Counted from the first letter of the stretch, positions 6,495 to 15,053 are shown. The stretch is 32,000 nucleotides of DNA from Candidatus Saccharimonadota bacterium (GCF_029232205.1 NZ_CP107255.1:210001-242000), one strand, 5' to 3'. Numbers and translations: made by a program. The notes: generated from the sequence alone by a model not told the origin.

Positions 6495-8813
6495 TTATTC
6501 GGCCTCGATTCGTGAAAGTCTCATTGCGTTGCCTGTTACGCCTACTGTCATTCCTGCATCTCCTATGAGAACTGCTATTGCAACTGTAACAATCTGTAGT
6601 GGAACTCCAATTGCGAGGAGAAGTTTGACGAGTAGGCTTGAGTAGATGTTCTGTCGTATCACGCCGTTTGCGGTATGGGAGAGTTTGTAGAGGTACGGTA
6701 TTTTCGAGAGGTCATCGCCCATGAGTGCGACATCTGCTGTCTCCAGTGCGGTGTCTGTTCCTGCCGCGCCCATTGCGACTCCTACAGTTGCTGTTGCGAG
6801 TGCGGGTGCATCGTTCACGCCATCGCCAACCATCGCAACGCCGTCATACTTTTCCACCAGTGACTGTATCTTCTCCACTTTTTGTTCGGGTAGAAGCTCT
6901 GCGTGGTACTCTCCGACACCTACTTGCTCAGCGATCGCTTTTCCTGTTCTCTCGTTGTCGCCTGTAAGCATCATGGTTTTGATGCCCTGTTCGTGAAGTC
7001 TTTCGATTGTTTCTGCTGCTTCTTCCCGTACTTTGTCGGCAACCGCTATTAATCCTTCTACACGATCTTCGTTTCCTACTACGATAACGGTTTTGCCCTG
7101 GCTCTGGAGTTCAGGTACTTTTTCATCGAGTAGATCCATGCAGTCGTTTCTTTCGCATAGCTCTCGGCTTTTGGAGCTGATTTCTCCAGAGGTCATGGCT
7201 GTGTGCACATGTTTGAGGTTGAATCCTTTTTCGCTGAAAAGATCGGGTTTACCGGCGTAGTGTTCTTTTCCAGCTAGTTTTGCTTTTACTCCTTTGCCTG
7301 TGATGCTTTCGAAATTCTGGATGTTCTCTGGTTCAATACCTCTGGACTGTGCTGCCTTGATGATGGCGTCTCCAAGAGGGTGTTCGCTCCGAGTTTCGAG
7401 TCCTCGGGCGCATTTCAGGACATCTTCTTCGTTCTTGCCGTTTACTGGTACTATATCGGTGACGGCAAGCTCTCCTTTTGTGAGGGTGCCTGTTTTGTCG
7501 AAGGCGATTGCCTCGATTTCTCCTGTGGCTTCTAGGTGTTTTCCACCTTTGATCAGCACACCGTTTTTCGCTGCGCTTGTGATACCGGATACGACTGTTA
7601 CAGGTGTCGATATTACGAAGGCGCATGGACATGCTAGCACGAGCATCGTGATACCGGCTAGGAACCATGTTGTCCACGACATACCGAGGAGTAGGGGCGG
7701 TACAGTAGCTGTTAAAACTGCGAGCGTTACCATGAATGGTGTGTAGTATTCGGAGAACCGTTCCACGAACTGTTCTCTCTTGGTCTGGCTTGACTCCGCA
7801 TCCTCAACCATCTGAACGATCTTCGATAATGTGTTGTCTGACGAGTCCTTAGTCACTTCTATCTCAAGGTATCCTTCCTCGTTGATCGTCCCTGCGTAGA
7901 CTTCGTCGCCTTGTTTCTTGTCCACTGGCATCGATTCTCCGGTGATCGGTGCCTGGTTGACAGCGCTTTCGCCGTCGATAACTTCTCCGTCCATTGGGAT
8001 TTTCTCGCCAGGTCTAGTTATGACGATGTCTCCGATTTTTACCTGTTCAACGGGTATCTCTGTTTCTTCTCCATCTCTCTTCACTGTGGCGGTGTCGGGT
8101 GAGAGATTCATCAGTTCGCGGAGCGAGTTCCGAGCCTTATCCATAGAGTAAGTCTCCAGTAACTCGGCTACATTGAACAGGAACACCAGGGTTGCGGCCT
8201 CGAAGTAGAGTTCGGCTCCGAACGCAAAGCTGGCTGAAACGGCGCTGAGGATTGCCGTGCTCATCAAGAAATCTATGTCTAGGTTCAGTTTTTTCGCCGA
8301 ATAATAACCGTTACGCAATATTACAGGGCTTCCTGAAGCGATCCCGGCCAGGAAAAGTATCTCGGCGATGAAGAACTCTCTGCCCAGAAATTGGGCTATC
8401 TGGAAGTCCTGTAACACCCCGAACTTGAATAAGAGGCCTGCGCCAAGGAAGATCCCTGCTATCCATGTCTTGATAGCTCTACTGCTTTTCCAGACGCTTT
8501 TTCTACCTTCTTCTTCTATGTCTCCGCCGTTACTTTGGTTATGTCCTGCTCCTTCATTATCTTTATTCTTCACACTGTAGCCTACGCTTTCTATAGCATC
8601 AATTAGTTCAAATTCGGAAATCTTTGAAGAATTGTAGTTAACTGTGACTTTTCCAACGGTTGTTAAAGCGCTATATTCGTTTATACCCTCAATATTGTCA
8701 AGTGAATTTTCTATCTTGGCGGCACAAGATGCACAGTCCATCTCAGGAACCATGAACTCGGCCTCATCTTCTTTCAAGTCCTCATCATGACTTTTGTCGT
8801 GTTCGTCACTCAT
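6495..8813 (-). CDS. Heavy-metal P1B-2-type ATPase (Zn/Cd/Pb-type)
   Basis: N-terminal HMA domain (MDCASCAAKIE), TGES, CPC motif (ACPCAFVISTP), [19 protein letters not shown]7 N-x7-K (NIYSSLLVK) and TM8 D-x-G (GDAG) match the P1B-2 signature. Confidence 0.93.
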   Translation of the reverse strand: MSDEHDKSHDEDLKEDEAEFMVPEMDCASCAAKIENSLDNIEGINEYSALTTVGKVTVNYNSSKISEFELIDAIESVGYSVKNKDNEGAGHNQSNGGDIEEEGRKSVWKSSRAIKTWIAGIFLGAGLLFKFGVLQDFQIAQFLGREFFIAEILFLAGIASGSPVILRNGYYSAKKLNLDIDFLMSTAILSAVSASFAFGAELYFEAATLVFLFNVAELLETYSMDKARNSLRELMNLSPDTATVKRDGEETEIPVEQVKIGDIVITRPGEKIPMDGEVIDGESAVNQAPITGESMPVDKKQGDEVYAGTINEEGYLEIEVTKDSSDNTLSKIVQMVEDAESSQTKREQFVERFSEYYTPFMVTLAVLTATVPPLLLGMSWTTWFLAGITMLVLACPCAFVISTPVTVVSGITSAAKNGVLIKGGKHLEATGEIEAIAFDKTGTLTKGELAVTDIVPVNGKNEEDVLKCARGLETRSEHPLGDAIIKAAQSRGIEPENIQNFESITGKGVKAKLAGKEHYAGKPDLFSEKGFNLKHVHTAMTSGEISSKSRELCERNDCMDLLDEKVPELQSQGKTVIVVGNEDRVEGLIAVADKVREEAAETIERLHEQGIKTMMLTGDNERTGKAIAEQVGVGEYHAELLPEQKVEKIQSLVEKYDGVAMVGDGVNDAPALATATVGVAMGAAGTDTALETADVALMGDDLSKIPYLYKLSHTANGVIRQNIYSSLLVKLLLAIGVPLQIVTVAIAVLIGDAGMTVGVTGNAMRLSRIEAE

Positions 8814-9108
8814 TTGCGTGATCTACACCTGACTCGATTATCTCTTCGATGTGTTTGTCGTTCATACTGTAGTATCGGTGCTTCCCGTCCTTCCTCTTTT
8901 CCACGATTCTCCTGTCATTCAGTTTTCTCAAGTGATGGGAGATGTTGGAGTTGGTCATCTCCAACTGTTCCGTCAACTCGTGGACACATTTTTCTCCTTC
9001 CGAAAGACTGAGCAGTATTTTCAGCCTGTTCTCGCTGGATAGTGCCTGAAATATTTCTGCGGTTTCTTCAAGACCTTCCCGATACATAACATTTGAACAT
9101 TTATTCAA
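8806..9108 (-). CDS. ArsR/SmtB-family regulator (CadC/CzrA-like) of the ATPase
   Basis: ENRLKILLSLSEGEKCVHELTEQLEMTNSNISHHLRKL. 8-nt overlap with the ATPase start. The true start may be the ATG at 9087 (MYREG..), about 26 nt downstream of the TATA-like tttttaaatat. Confidence 0.88.
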   Translation of the reverse strand: MNKCSNVMYREGLEETAEIFQALSSENRLKILLSLSEGEKCVHELTEQLEMTNSNISHHLRKLNDRRIVEKRKDGKHRYYSMNDKHIEEIIESGVDHANE

Positions 9109-9153
9109 ATATTTAAAAAATTAATTTTGCGAAATAAAACCCGAGTCAGGCAG

Positions 9154-9309
9154 TTACTCGACCAATAAAGCAATAATGATAATCAGGGCTGTAATTCCAA
9201 ACAGTATTGCAGTCATTATTGCCATCTCTTTCCATGAAAGTTCGGCGAGAGCGTGATTAAGGTCGTCTCCGCCGTGGAAAACCGAAGGAATCTGGAAAAC
9301 AAGGCTCAT
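9154..9309 (-). CDS. Possible 51-aa single-TM peptide (below the ORF-track cutoff)
   Basis: Hand translation gives MSLVFQIPSVFHGGDDLNHALAELSWKEMAIMTAILFGITALIIIIALLVE* with an ATG start and a hydrophobic C-terminal helix. It fills an otherwise empty gap between two regulators. No homology evidence. Confidence 0.3.
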   Translation of the reverse strand: MSLVFQIPSVFHGGDDLNHALAELSWKEMAIMTAILFGITALIIIIALLVE

Positions 9310-9338
9310 AATTTAGTCTTTGATTTCCCGGTTTTATT

Positions 9339-9746
9339 TCATTCTGAGGCCGCACAGTGCTTACAGCAGTATATTTTCCCGTTTTCTTCGTGGCCGCCGC
9401 TGTAGATCTCACAACCACAGTTCTCACATTCTTCTATCTCGCCCTGGATTGCGGCGTTAAGAATTTCTCCGAATGCATCCAGCTGTTCCCTCACCAAGTC
9501 TTCTCCATCTTCTGTCAACTGGTAGACCTTCTTGCCCCGATCTCCTTTCTCTTCCATCGTAGCGACTCCCTTCTCCGTTAGTTTTTCCAGAAAAGGGTAG
9601 ATGTGGGAGGTTGTCGGTTTCTTGCCCGTAATTCTTTCTATGTCTTTGATTAGCTGATAGCCGTGTTTTTCTCCTGATTCGAGTAGTAAGACTGTGTAGA
9701 GCCGGTTTACATTTGATAAATCGATTTCTTCCATTTTCGAGTTCAC
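9339..9746 (-). CDS. PadR-family transcription regulator with C-terminal Cys-rich (TRASH-like) metal-binding tail
   Basis: PadR wHTH: YTVLLLESGEKHGYQLIKDIERITGKKPTTSHIYPFLEKLTEKG...KVYQLTEDG. C-terminal tail: CENCGCEIYSGGHEENGKIYCCKHCA. Confidence 0.85.
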   Translation of the reverse strand: MNSKMEEIDLSNVNRLYTVLLLESGEKHGYQLIKDIERITGKKPTTSHIYPFLEKLTEKGVATMEEKGDRGKKVYQLTEDGEDLVREQLDAFGEILNAAIQGEIEECENCGCEIYSGGHEENGKIYCCKHCAASE

Positions 9747-9767
9747 ATTTAGATAATCTCAACACAA

Positions 9768-9775
9768 TTTTATAT
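9768..9775. promoter_or_regulatory. Shared, centrally placed TATA element of the divergent PadR / DUF305 genes
   Basis: ttttatat sits 25.5 nt from the PadR ATG (9746) and 27.5 nt from the DUF305 ATG (9799) in a 52-bp intergenic region. It is embedded in the near-palindrome atatcattatat. Confidence 0.4.
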
Positions 9776-9798
9776 CATTATATGACATACCTGTTGCT

Positions 9799-10404
9799 AT
9801 GGATCAGAAAAACTCAAATCTTAGGAATAAAATTCTCTCTTGGATATCGGCTAATAGAACAAAAATTCTGATCGCGTTCGGAATACTAGTTTTTCTCGGA
9901 TTATTTGTCGCCAACAATACCTATGATGACAACAAATCTGTAAGCTCATCTGAATTCAACCGAGCCGATGTTATGTTCATGAACATGATGATCATCCACC
10001 ATGATCAGGCTATCGAAATGGCGGAGCTAGCACCTAATAGAACAGATAACGAGAATATTCTCGAACTTTCAAGAAATATTTCCAAGGCTCAGAGAGCAGA
10101 GAATGAACAGATGGCGGAATGGCTGAGAGAACTCGGCTACCAGAGGCCTAGAAACGGGCATCGAATGGCTGGAATGGCATCACAGGAACAGATGCAGAGA
10201 CTGGAAAACAGTAGCGGTAGAGAGTTTGACCGATTGTTCTCAGAATTAATGATTACACATCATAGAGGCGGTATCCAGATGGCGCAGAGCTTTATTCAGA
10301 GAGGCAGGAACCCTGAACTTATAGAAATGGAGAAAGGAATGGTTAGGGCTCAGACGGAGGAGATTGAGAAGATGAAGGAGTGGAGAAGTAACTGGACTGA
10401 GTAA
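9799..10404 (+). CDS. DUF305-family (ferritin-like four-helix) protein, membrane-anchored or secreted
   Basis: N-terminal TM or signal helix. Duplicated motif FMNMMIIHHDQAIEMA / FSELMITHHRGGIQMA is typical of DUF305, a family often found in copper-resistance loci. Confidence 0.85.
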   Translation: MDQKNSNLRNKILSWISANRTKILIAFGILVFLGLFVANNTYDDNKSVSSSEFNRADVMFMNMMIIHHDQAIEMAELAPNRTDNENILELSRNISKAQRAENEQMAEWLRELGYQRPRNGHRMAGMASQEQMQRLENSSGREFDRLFSELMITHHRGGIQMAQSFIQRGRNPELIEMEKGMVRAQTEEIEKMKEWRSNWTE

Positions 10405-10439
10405 ACCTTAAAAACAACATATCAACATGTGATATGTAA

Positions 10440-11243
10440 GTGTTTGATATGAACGATAAAATTTCATTCGATCTCTCGATAAAAAATGCGGTAGCAGTAA
10501 GCTTCATAGCCGGAATCCTTCTAGGAATAGTTGTCGGAGGTGCAGGAGCATTAACTCTTCAAAAAAGCCCACAGACAATGGAATCCACTTCTACAGATAA
10601 TCCTTCGCCCAGCCCAACAACAGGCGACACACAGCAGGACAGCAAGGATGGAGGAAACACTGTCTCTGTTGCCGACTTGACATGGGAGGATGATCCGGTA
10701 TTAGGTAGCGAGGATGCAGAAGTTACCCTTGTATGGTTCAGCGACCTGAACTGTATGTACTGTCGGCGTTTCGCCCAGAACACATTCCCACAGATCAGAG
10801 AAAACTATGTAAGCCAGGGAGATGTCCGAGTAGTGAAAAAAGATTTCATCACGATGGGAGAAAACTCTGTAACACTGGCAAAAGCCTCGCAAGCCGCATG
10901 GCAGCTAGTCGGAGAAGACAATCCAGAAGTATTCTGGACCTGGTCGGACACGATCTCAGAAAACCAGCCTGAGAGAAAGAGAAACTCCAAGAATGTAACA
11001 GAAGACATAATCTCTACAACTCAAGAAGTTGATGGGATTGACGCAGAACAGCTTCGTGAGAAGATGAAAGAGATTAGTGAAGAAGAAATAAACCAGGACA
11101 TTCAGGAAGGTAAACAGAGAGGGATTTCCGGTACACCAGGATTCCTGATCTTCAGGACAGGATCTGATGAAGCCAAGCAGATGACAGGCGCACAACCCTA
11201 CAGCAGCTTCGAATCCGAGATCAACAAACTCCTAGAGAACTAG
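10440..11243 (+). CDS. Membrane-anchored DsbA-like thiol:disulfide oxidoreductase
   Basis: N-terminal TM helix, CxxC active site (LNCMYCRRF), C-terminal GISGTPGFLIF. The ATG at 10449 is a more likely start than the GTG at 10440. Confidence 0.85.
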   Translation: MFDMNDKISFDLSIKNAVAVSFIAGILLGIVVGGAGALTLQKSPQTMESTSTDNPSPSPTTGDTQQDSKDGGNTVSVADLTWEDDPVLGSEDAEVTLVWFSDLNCMYCRRFAQNTFPQIRENYVSQGDVRVVKKDFITMGENSVTLAKASQAAWQLVGEDNPEVFWTWSDTISENQPERKRNSKNVTEDIISTTQEVDGIDAEQLREKMKEISEEEINQDIQEGKQRGISGTPGFLIFRTGSDEAKQMTGAQPYSSFESEINKLLEN

Positions 11244-11333
11244 CCTCTAGGAGACACCTATTTTTTATTTTTACACTCACCTATCACATACTGATATAAA
11301 GACTTGTGATGAATAACCAAATGTGATCTCAAA

Positions 11334-11609
11334 ATGAAACTCAAAAACAAAATTTCCATAATGCTTGTATCGCTGATTACAACCCTTTCCACAGCTGCAG
11401 CAACTCCAGGCCACGACGAAGGAACGGCCACAGGAATGATGTGGAGCGACGGAGGAAGTTGGATGCACAGTGGAGCAGGCATGATGGGGTATAACATGTG
11501 GGGTATGGGATGGTTCGGACTACTATTCGGACTCGCATTCTGGATACTAGTCATCCTTGGAATAATCTACCTATACCAACAAATCACTGAAAACGAAGGT
11601 GAAGAATAA
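11334..11609 (+). CDS. Small Met/His-rich exported, membrane-anchored protein (putative Cu(I)-binding)
   Basis: Signal-like N-terminus, segment GMMWSDGGSWMHSGAGMMGYNMWGMGW with 8 Met and 1 His, C-terminal TM helix, acidic tail. Confidence 0.65.
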   Translation: MKLKNKISIMLVSLITTLSTAAATPGHDEGTATGMMWSDGGSWMHSGAGMMGYNMWGMGWFGLLFGLAFWILVILGIIYLYQQITENEGEE

Positions 11610-11610
11610 A

Positions 11611-12003
11611 ATGAGCGAATACGGAATAACCGCCGAAGTTGAATACAGCTACTCTGAAGCCATAGAAAAGACGAAAGAAGTTCTCGCAGACCATGGCTTC
11701 GGAGTCCTATCAGAGATAGAAGTATCCGAAAAACTCAGGGAAAAGCTGGATGTAGATTTCGACGACTACATGATACTCGGAGCATGTAACCCGGAAAAAG
11801 CTTATCAAGGCTTAAAGGAAGAGCAGGAACTCGGACTTTTACTGCCCTGTAATGTAATAGTGTACCGAGAAAACGGTAAAACTTTTGTATCGGCGATAAA
11901 GGCTTCAAAAGCACTTGAAGTAGCCGGAAATGAAGATCTGGAGCCGATAGCCGAAGAAGTTGAAAAAGACCTAAAGAAAGTCATAAATGAGGTAAAACAA
12001 TAA
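11611..12003 (+). CDS. DUF302-domain protein
   Basis: HGFGVLSEIEVSEKL...DYMILGACNPEKAY...LLPCNVIVYRENG matches the DUF302 pattern. The ATG at 11611, just after the upstream stop, is preferred over the track's GTG at 11599. Confidence 0.8.
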   Translation: MSEYGITAEVEYSYSEAIEKTKEVLADHGFGVLSEIEVSEKLREKLDVDFDDYMILGACNPEKAYQGLKEEQELGLLLPCNVIVYRENGKTFVSAIKASKALEVAGNEDLEPIAEEVEKDLKKVINEVKQ

Positions 12004-12275
12004 TGGTAAGAAGCAAGAACCAGGCAGGTATAGCTCTAGGAGCACTTTTCGGACTGATGCACACTCTATGGGTTGCAGCAGTAGGAACAGGAATAGGTCA
12101 ACCTATAGTAGACGCTCTTGAATCAGGGCACTTCCTATCCTCAAACTACTCCGTTACTGCTTTTGACCCTGTAACGGCTTTAACAGGAATAATAGGGGCA
12201 GTTATAGCAGGTTATATTATTGGCTGGATATTTATCTACGTCTACAACTTTACAGATAACAAACTAGACAGCTAG
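12003..12275 (+). CDS. Small membrane protein (2-3 TM), unknown function
   Basis: 90 aa, hydrophobic. The start overlaps the DUF302 stop (TAATG), so it sits in the operon upstream of copB. Confidence 0.6.
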   Translation: MVRSKNQAGIALGALFGLMHTLWVAAVGTGIGQPIVDALESGHFLSSNYSVTAFDPVTALTGIIGAVIAGYIIGWIFIYVYNFTDNKLDS

Positions 12276-12297
12276 CTTAAGGAGGTTTCTCAACAAA

Positions 12298-14304
12298 ATG
12301 GAACACGACCACGACGACGAAGACTCAGACCATGACTCAGGTCACGGACACAAACATCACGAAGAAATGTTCAAAAGAAAATTCTTCATCTCAACACTGC
12401 TATCAATACCGGTACTGTACTTCTCCACTTTTGTCTCAGGTCTACTTGGATATACTCCTCCGACATTTACCGGCAGTAACTTAATTGTGCCTGTCTTTTC
12501 AATCATAATTTTCGCATATGGAGGGCTGCCGTTCCTGAAGATGGCAAAGTCGGAGTTTGAAGACCGTCAACCAGGAATGATGATGCTGATCTCACTCGCC
12601 ATAACTGTCGCCTTTGTCTACAGTATGGCAGCTCTCGTCTTACCTACAGAATCAAGCTTCTTCTGGGAGCTCGTAACCTTGATCGACATCATGCTGCTCG
12701 GCCACTGGATAGAAATGCGTAGTGTTCGCCAGGCATCAGGAGCACTAGACGAACTAGCACAGCTCATGCCAGACACTACAGAAAGAATAAACGAGGACGG
12801 AACAGTCGAGGAAGTCAAGGTCTCCGAACTAGAAGAAGGCGACAAAGTTCTTGTCAGACCTGGGGCATCAATTCCAGCTGACGGAGTTGTAGTCGAAGGA
12901 GAATCAGATGTCAACGAGTCCATGATCACAGGAGAATCCAAACCTGTCAGCAAAGAGCCAGGGGACGAAGTGATCGGCGGCACAGTAAACAAGGAAGGAA
13001 GCCTGAGAGTAGAAATCACTGCTACAGGAGACGAAACCGCACTATCCGGCATCATGAAAATGGTTGAAGAAGCACAGGAATCAAAGTCGAAGACGCAGCT
13101 TCTCGCTGATAAGGCGGCCGGATGGCTTTTCTATATAGCACTGGGTTCAGGAGCCATTACTGCAGTAGCTTGGATGATAGCTGTAGGGTTTAACGTAACT
13201 GTAATTGAGAGAGTTGTAACTGTACTGGTTATTGCCTGCCCTCACGCCCTCGGTCTGGCGATACCTCTAGTAGTAGCGATTAACACTTCGATGGCTGCAA
13301 AGAACGGAATTTTAGTTAGAGACCGTATCGCTATGGAGGAATCTCGAAAGCTTGATACAATCATGTTCGACAAGACCGGAACCCTGACAAAGGGAGAGAT
13401 GGGCGTTGTAGAGATCGAGACAGACGGAATAGAAGAAGACGAAGCACTTACACTGCTCGCATCAGTAGAATCAGACTCCGAACACATAATCGCTGAAGCA
13501 ATCAGAAACTCAGCAGAAGAAAGAAACCTCAGCATCCATGACGCTGATAACTTCGAAGCAATCAAAGGAAAAGGTGTCAAAGCCGATGTAAAAGGAGAAA
13601 CTCTCTATGTCGGAGGCCCTAACCTAGCAAAGTCAGAAGGGTTCAAGATCTCCGACAAACTGAACCAGTTTGCTGAAGACGCAGCAGAAAACGCAGAAAC
13701 AGCAATCTACCTGTTTAGAGACGGAGAAGCAGTAGCAGCAGTAGGACTAGCAGATGTAATCAGAGAAGAAAGCCGTGAAGCCATCGAAAAACTCCACGAC
13801 AGAGGTATCGAAGTAGCGATGCTGACAGGAGACTCAGAAGAAGTAGCAGAAGCAGTCGCCAAAGAACTCAACATCGACACCTACTTCGCAGAAGTCCTGC
13901 CCGAAGACAAAGACAAGAAAGTCCAAGAACTACAAGACCAAGACAAAAAAGTAGCTATGGTCGGTGACGGCGTCAACGACGCACCGGCACTCACAAGAGC
14001 CGATGTAGGTATCGCAATCGGTAGCGGAACAGATGTAGCAGTCGAATCAGCGGATATTATACTCGTGCAGAACAATCCACTGGATGTTGTCAAACTGTTG
14101 AATCTCAGCGATCTAAGCTACAGCAAGATGAAACAGAACCTGTTCTGGGCCACAGGATACAACGCCTTCGCAATACCACTAGCAGCTGGAGTCGCAGCAC
14201 CAATAGGAATAATCCTATCACCAGCAGTAGGAGCAGTAGTGATGTCACTTTCCACAGTAATAGTAGCCATCAACGCACAACTGATGAAAAGAAAAGCAGT
14301 CTAA
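12298..14304 (+). CDS. copB: Copper P1B-3-type ATPase (CopB-like) with His-rich N-terminus
   Basis: N-terminal [30 protein letters not shown] motif ([11 protein letters not shown]), [19 protein letters not shown]7 GYN, TM8 MSLST. GGAGGT lies upstream. Confidence 0.92.
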   Translation: MEHDHDDEDSDHDSGHGHKHHEEMFKRKFFISTLLSIPVLYFSTFVSGLLGYTPPTFTGSNLIVPVFSIIIFAYGGLPFLKMAKSEFEDRQPGMMMLISLAITVAFVYSMAALVLPTESSFFWELVTLIDIMLLGHWIEMRSVRQASGALDELAQLMPDTTERINEDGTVEEVKVSELEEGDKVLVRPGASIPADGVVVEGESDVNESMITGESKPVSKEPGDEVIGGTVNKEGSLRVEITATGDETALSGIMKMVEEAQESKSKTQLLADKAAGWLFYIALGSGAITAVAWMIAVGFNVTVIERVVTVLVIACPHALGLAIPLVVAINTSMAAKNGILVRDRIAMEESRKLDTIMFDKTGTLTKGEMGVVEIETDGIEEDEALTLLASVESDSEHIIAEAIRNSAEERNLSIHDADNFEAIKGKGVKADVKGETLYVGGPNLAKSEGFKISDKLNQFAEDAAENAETAIYLFRDGEAVAAVGLADVIREESREAIEKLHDRGIEVAMLTGDSEEVAEAVAKELNIDTYFAEVLPEDKDKKVQELQDQDKKVAMVGDGVNDAPALTRADVGIAIGSGTDVAVESADIILVQNNPLDVVKLLNLSDLSYSKMKQNLFWATGYNAFAIPLAAGVAAPIGIILSPAVGAVVMSLSTVIVAINAQLMKRKAV

Positions 14305-14305
14305 G

Positions 14306-14485
14306 GTGATCCACATAGTAGAGAAAACCCAATACCAGGAAGTTGAATGCTTCGAATGCGAAAAATGTGGATTTCACTACGAGGGAAAAGAACTGGCTGA
14401 AAAATGTGAGAAGTTCTGCCGAGAAAAAGGAGTATGCAGCTTTGAGGTAACCACCAAGTCACTTGAAAGAGAAGCAGTAACATAG
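14306..14485 (+). CDS. 59-aa Cys-rich putative metal-binding protein coupled to copB (absent from ORF track)
   Basis: The GTG lies 1 nt after the copB stop. Hand translation: MIHIVEKTQYQEVECFECEKCGFHYEGKELAEKCEKFCREKGVCSFEVTTKSLEREAVT*, with 6 Cys in C-x2-C-x2-C-x12-C-x3-C-x5-C. The track lists only the antisense 14301..14483 ORF, which looks like low-complexity shadow sequence. Confidence 0.6.
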   Translation: MIHIVEKTQYQEVECFECEKCGFHYEGKELAEKCEKFCREKGVCSFEVTTKSLEREAVT

Positions 14486-14527
14486 GATATCGGAAGGCAA
14501 CAACAGAATAATAGATAACTAAACATA

Positions 14528-14551
14528 TTGCAGTGTTTGGGTTTTCAACCC
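14528..14551 (-). repeat. Degenerate copy of the 3' end of tRNA-Gly (candidate distal att remnant)
   Basis: ttgcagtgtttgggttttcaaccc versus 23468-23491 ttgcggtgtccgggatttgaaccc gives 19/24 identities. The match covers the acceptor 3' strand, the T-loop and 2 nt downstream of the tRNA. Confidence 0.5.
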
Positions 14552-14675
14552 TCCTCTATATGCCAACGGGCGTACACGAAGCAAACCAACCCCTAAATAA
14601 CCAGTTCATATCCACAAAAACCAGTGTTTGTAACCAATATCTGCAAATCTCCTATGCGTAGGTGTTTGACCCCTA

Positions 14676-15053
14676 TCAGTTATCCAGGTATTTGTCAGGT
14701 ATATCCATTTTCTCATCTTTGAACAATATACCTGTCATCTCTCCCTTCTTCCGATCCCAGACAGTAATATCAAAACCCATCTTACCAGTCAACTCAGGGT
14801 CAAGCGGAAAGTAGTCAGGATTCCTCTTAATACCTTTATCCAGAGTATTCTCCACTAACTGTCGATACTGGTTTTCACTCCAGTCACGGACATCTCTCTC
14901 AGTACCCACCTGCTTAATAGTCAACCTAACCCTGCTCTGAGCTAAGTTCGGATACTCCTCAGCCTTATCCTCAGGAAAAGGATGCAAGAGCCGAATGAAA
15001 ATCTTGAACCGTGGAAGTTCCTCAGACATAAACAACTCCGCACTATATCGCAT
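14676..15053 (-). CDS. Hypothetical protein (element border gene)
   Basis: 125-aa ORF with no recognisable motifs. Divergent from 15185..15475 across a palindrome-rich region. The start may be the internal ATG (MSEELPRF). Confidence 0.55.
   Translation of the reverse strand: MRYSAELFMSEELPRFKIFIRLLHPFPEDKAEEYPNLAQSRVRLTIKQVGTERDVRDWSENQYRQLVENTLDKGIKRNPDYFPLDPELTGKMGFDITVWDRKKGEMTGILFKDEKMDIPDKYLDN

Noticed and set aside
6675-8580. Multiple plus-strand ORFs (e.g. 6721..6996, 7294..7746, 7918..8151, 8368..8580) inside the CPC-type ATPase gene
   Set aside because: The opposite strand encodes a full-length P-type ATPase with every canonical motif. These ORFs are Ser/Pro/Arg-rich antisense artefacts.
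12618-14093. Minus-strand ORFs 12618..13055, 13242..13580 and 13881..14093 inside copB
   Set aside because: They are antisense to a complete CopB ATPase, with Ser/Thr/Pro-rich compositions typical of shadow frames.
14301-14483. 60-aa minus-strand ORF listed in the track after copB
   Set aside because: It is the antisense shadow of the better-supported plus-strand 59-aa Cys-rich ORF, which is coupled 1 nt after the copB stop. The minus-strand peptide has no start context or motifs.
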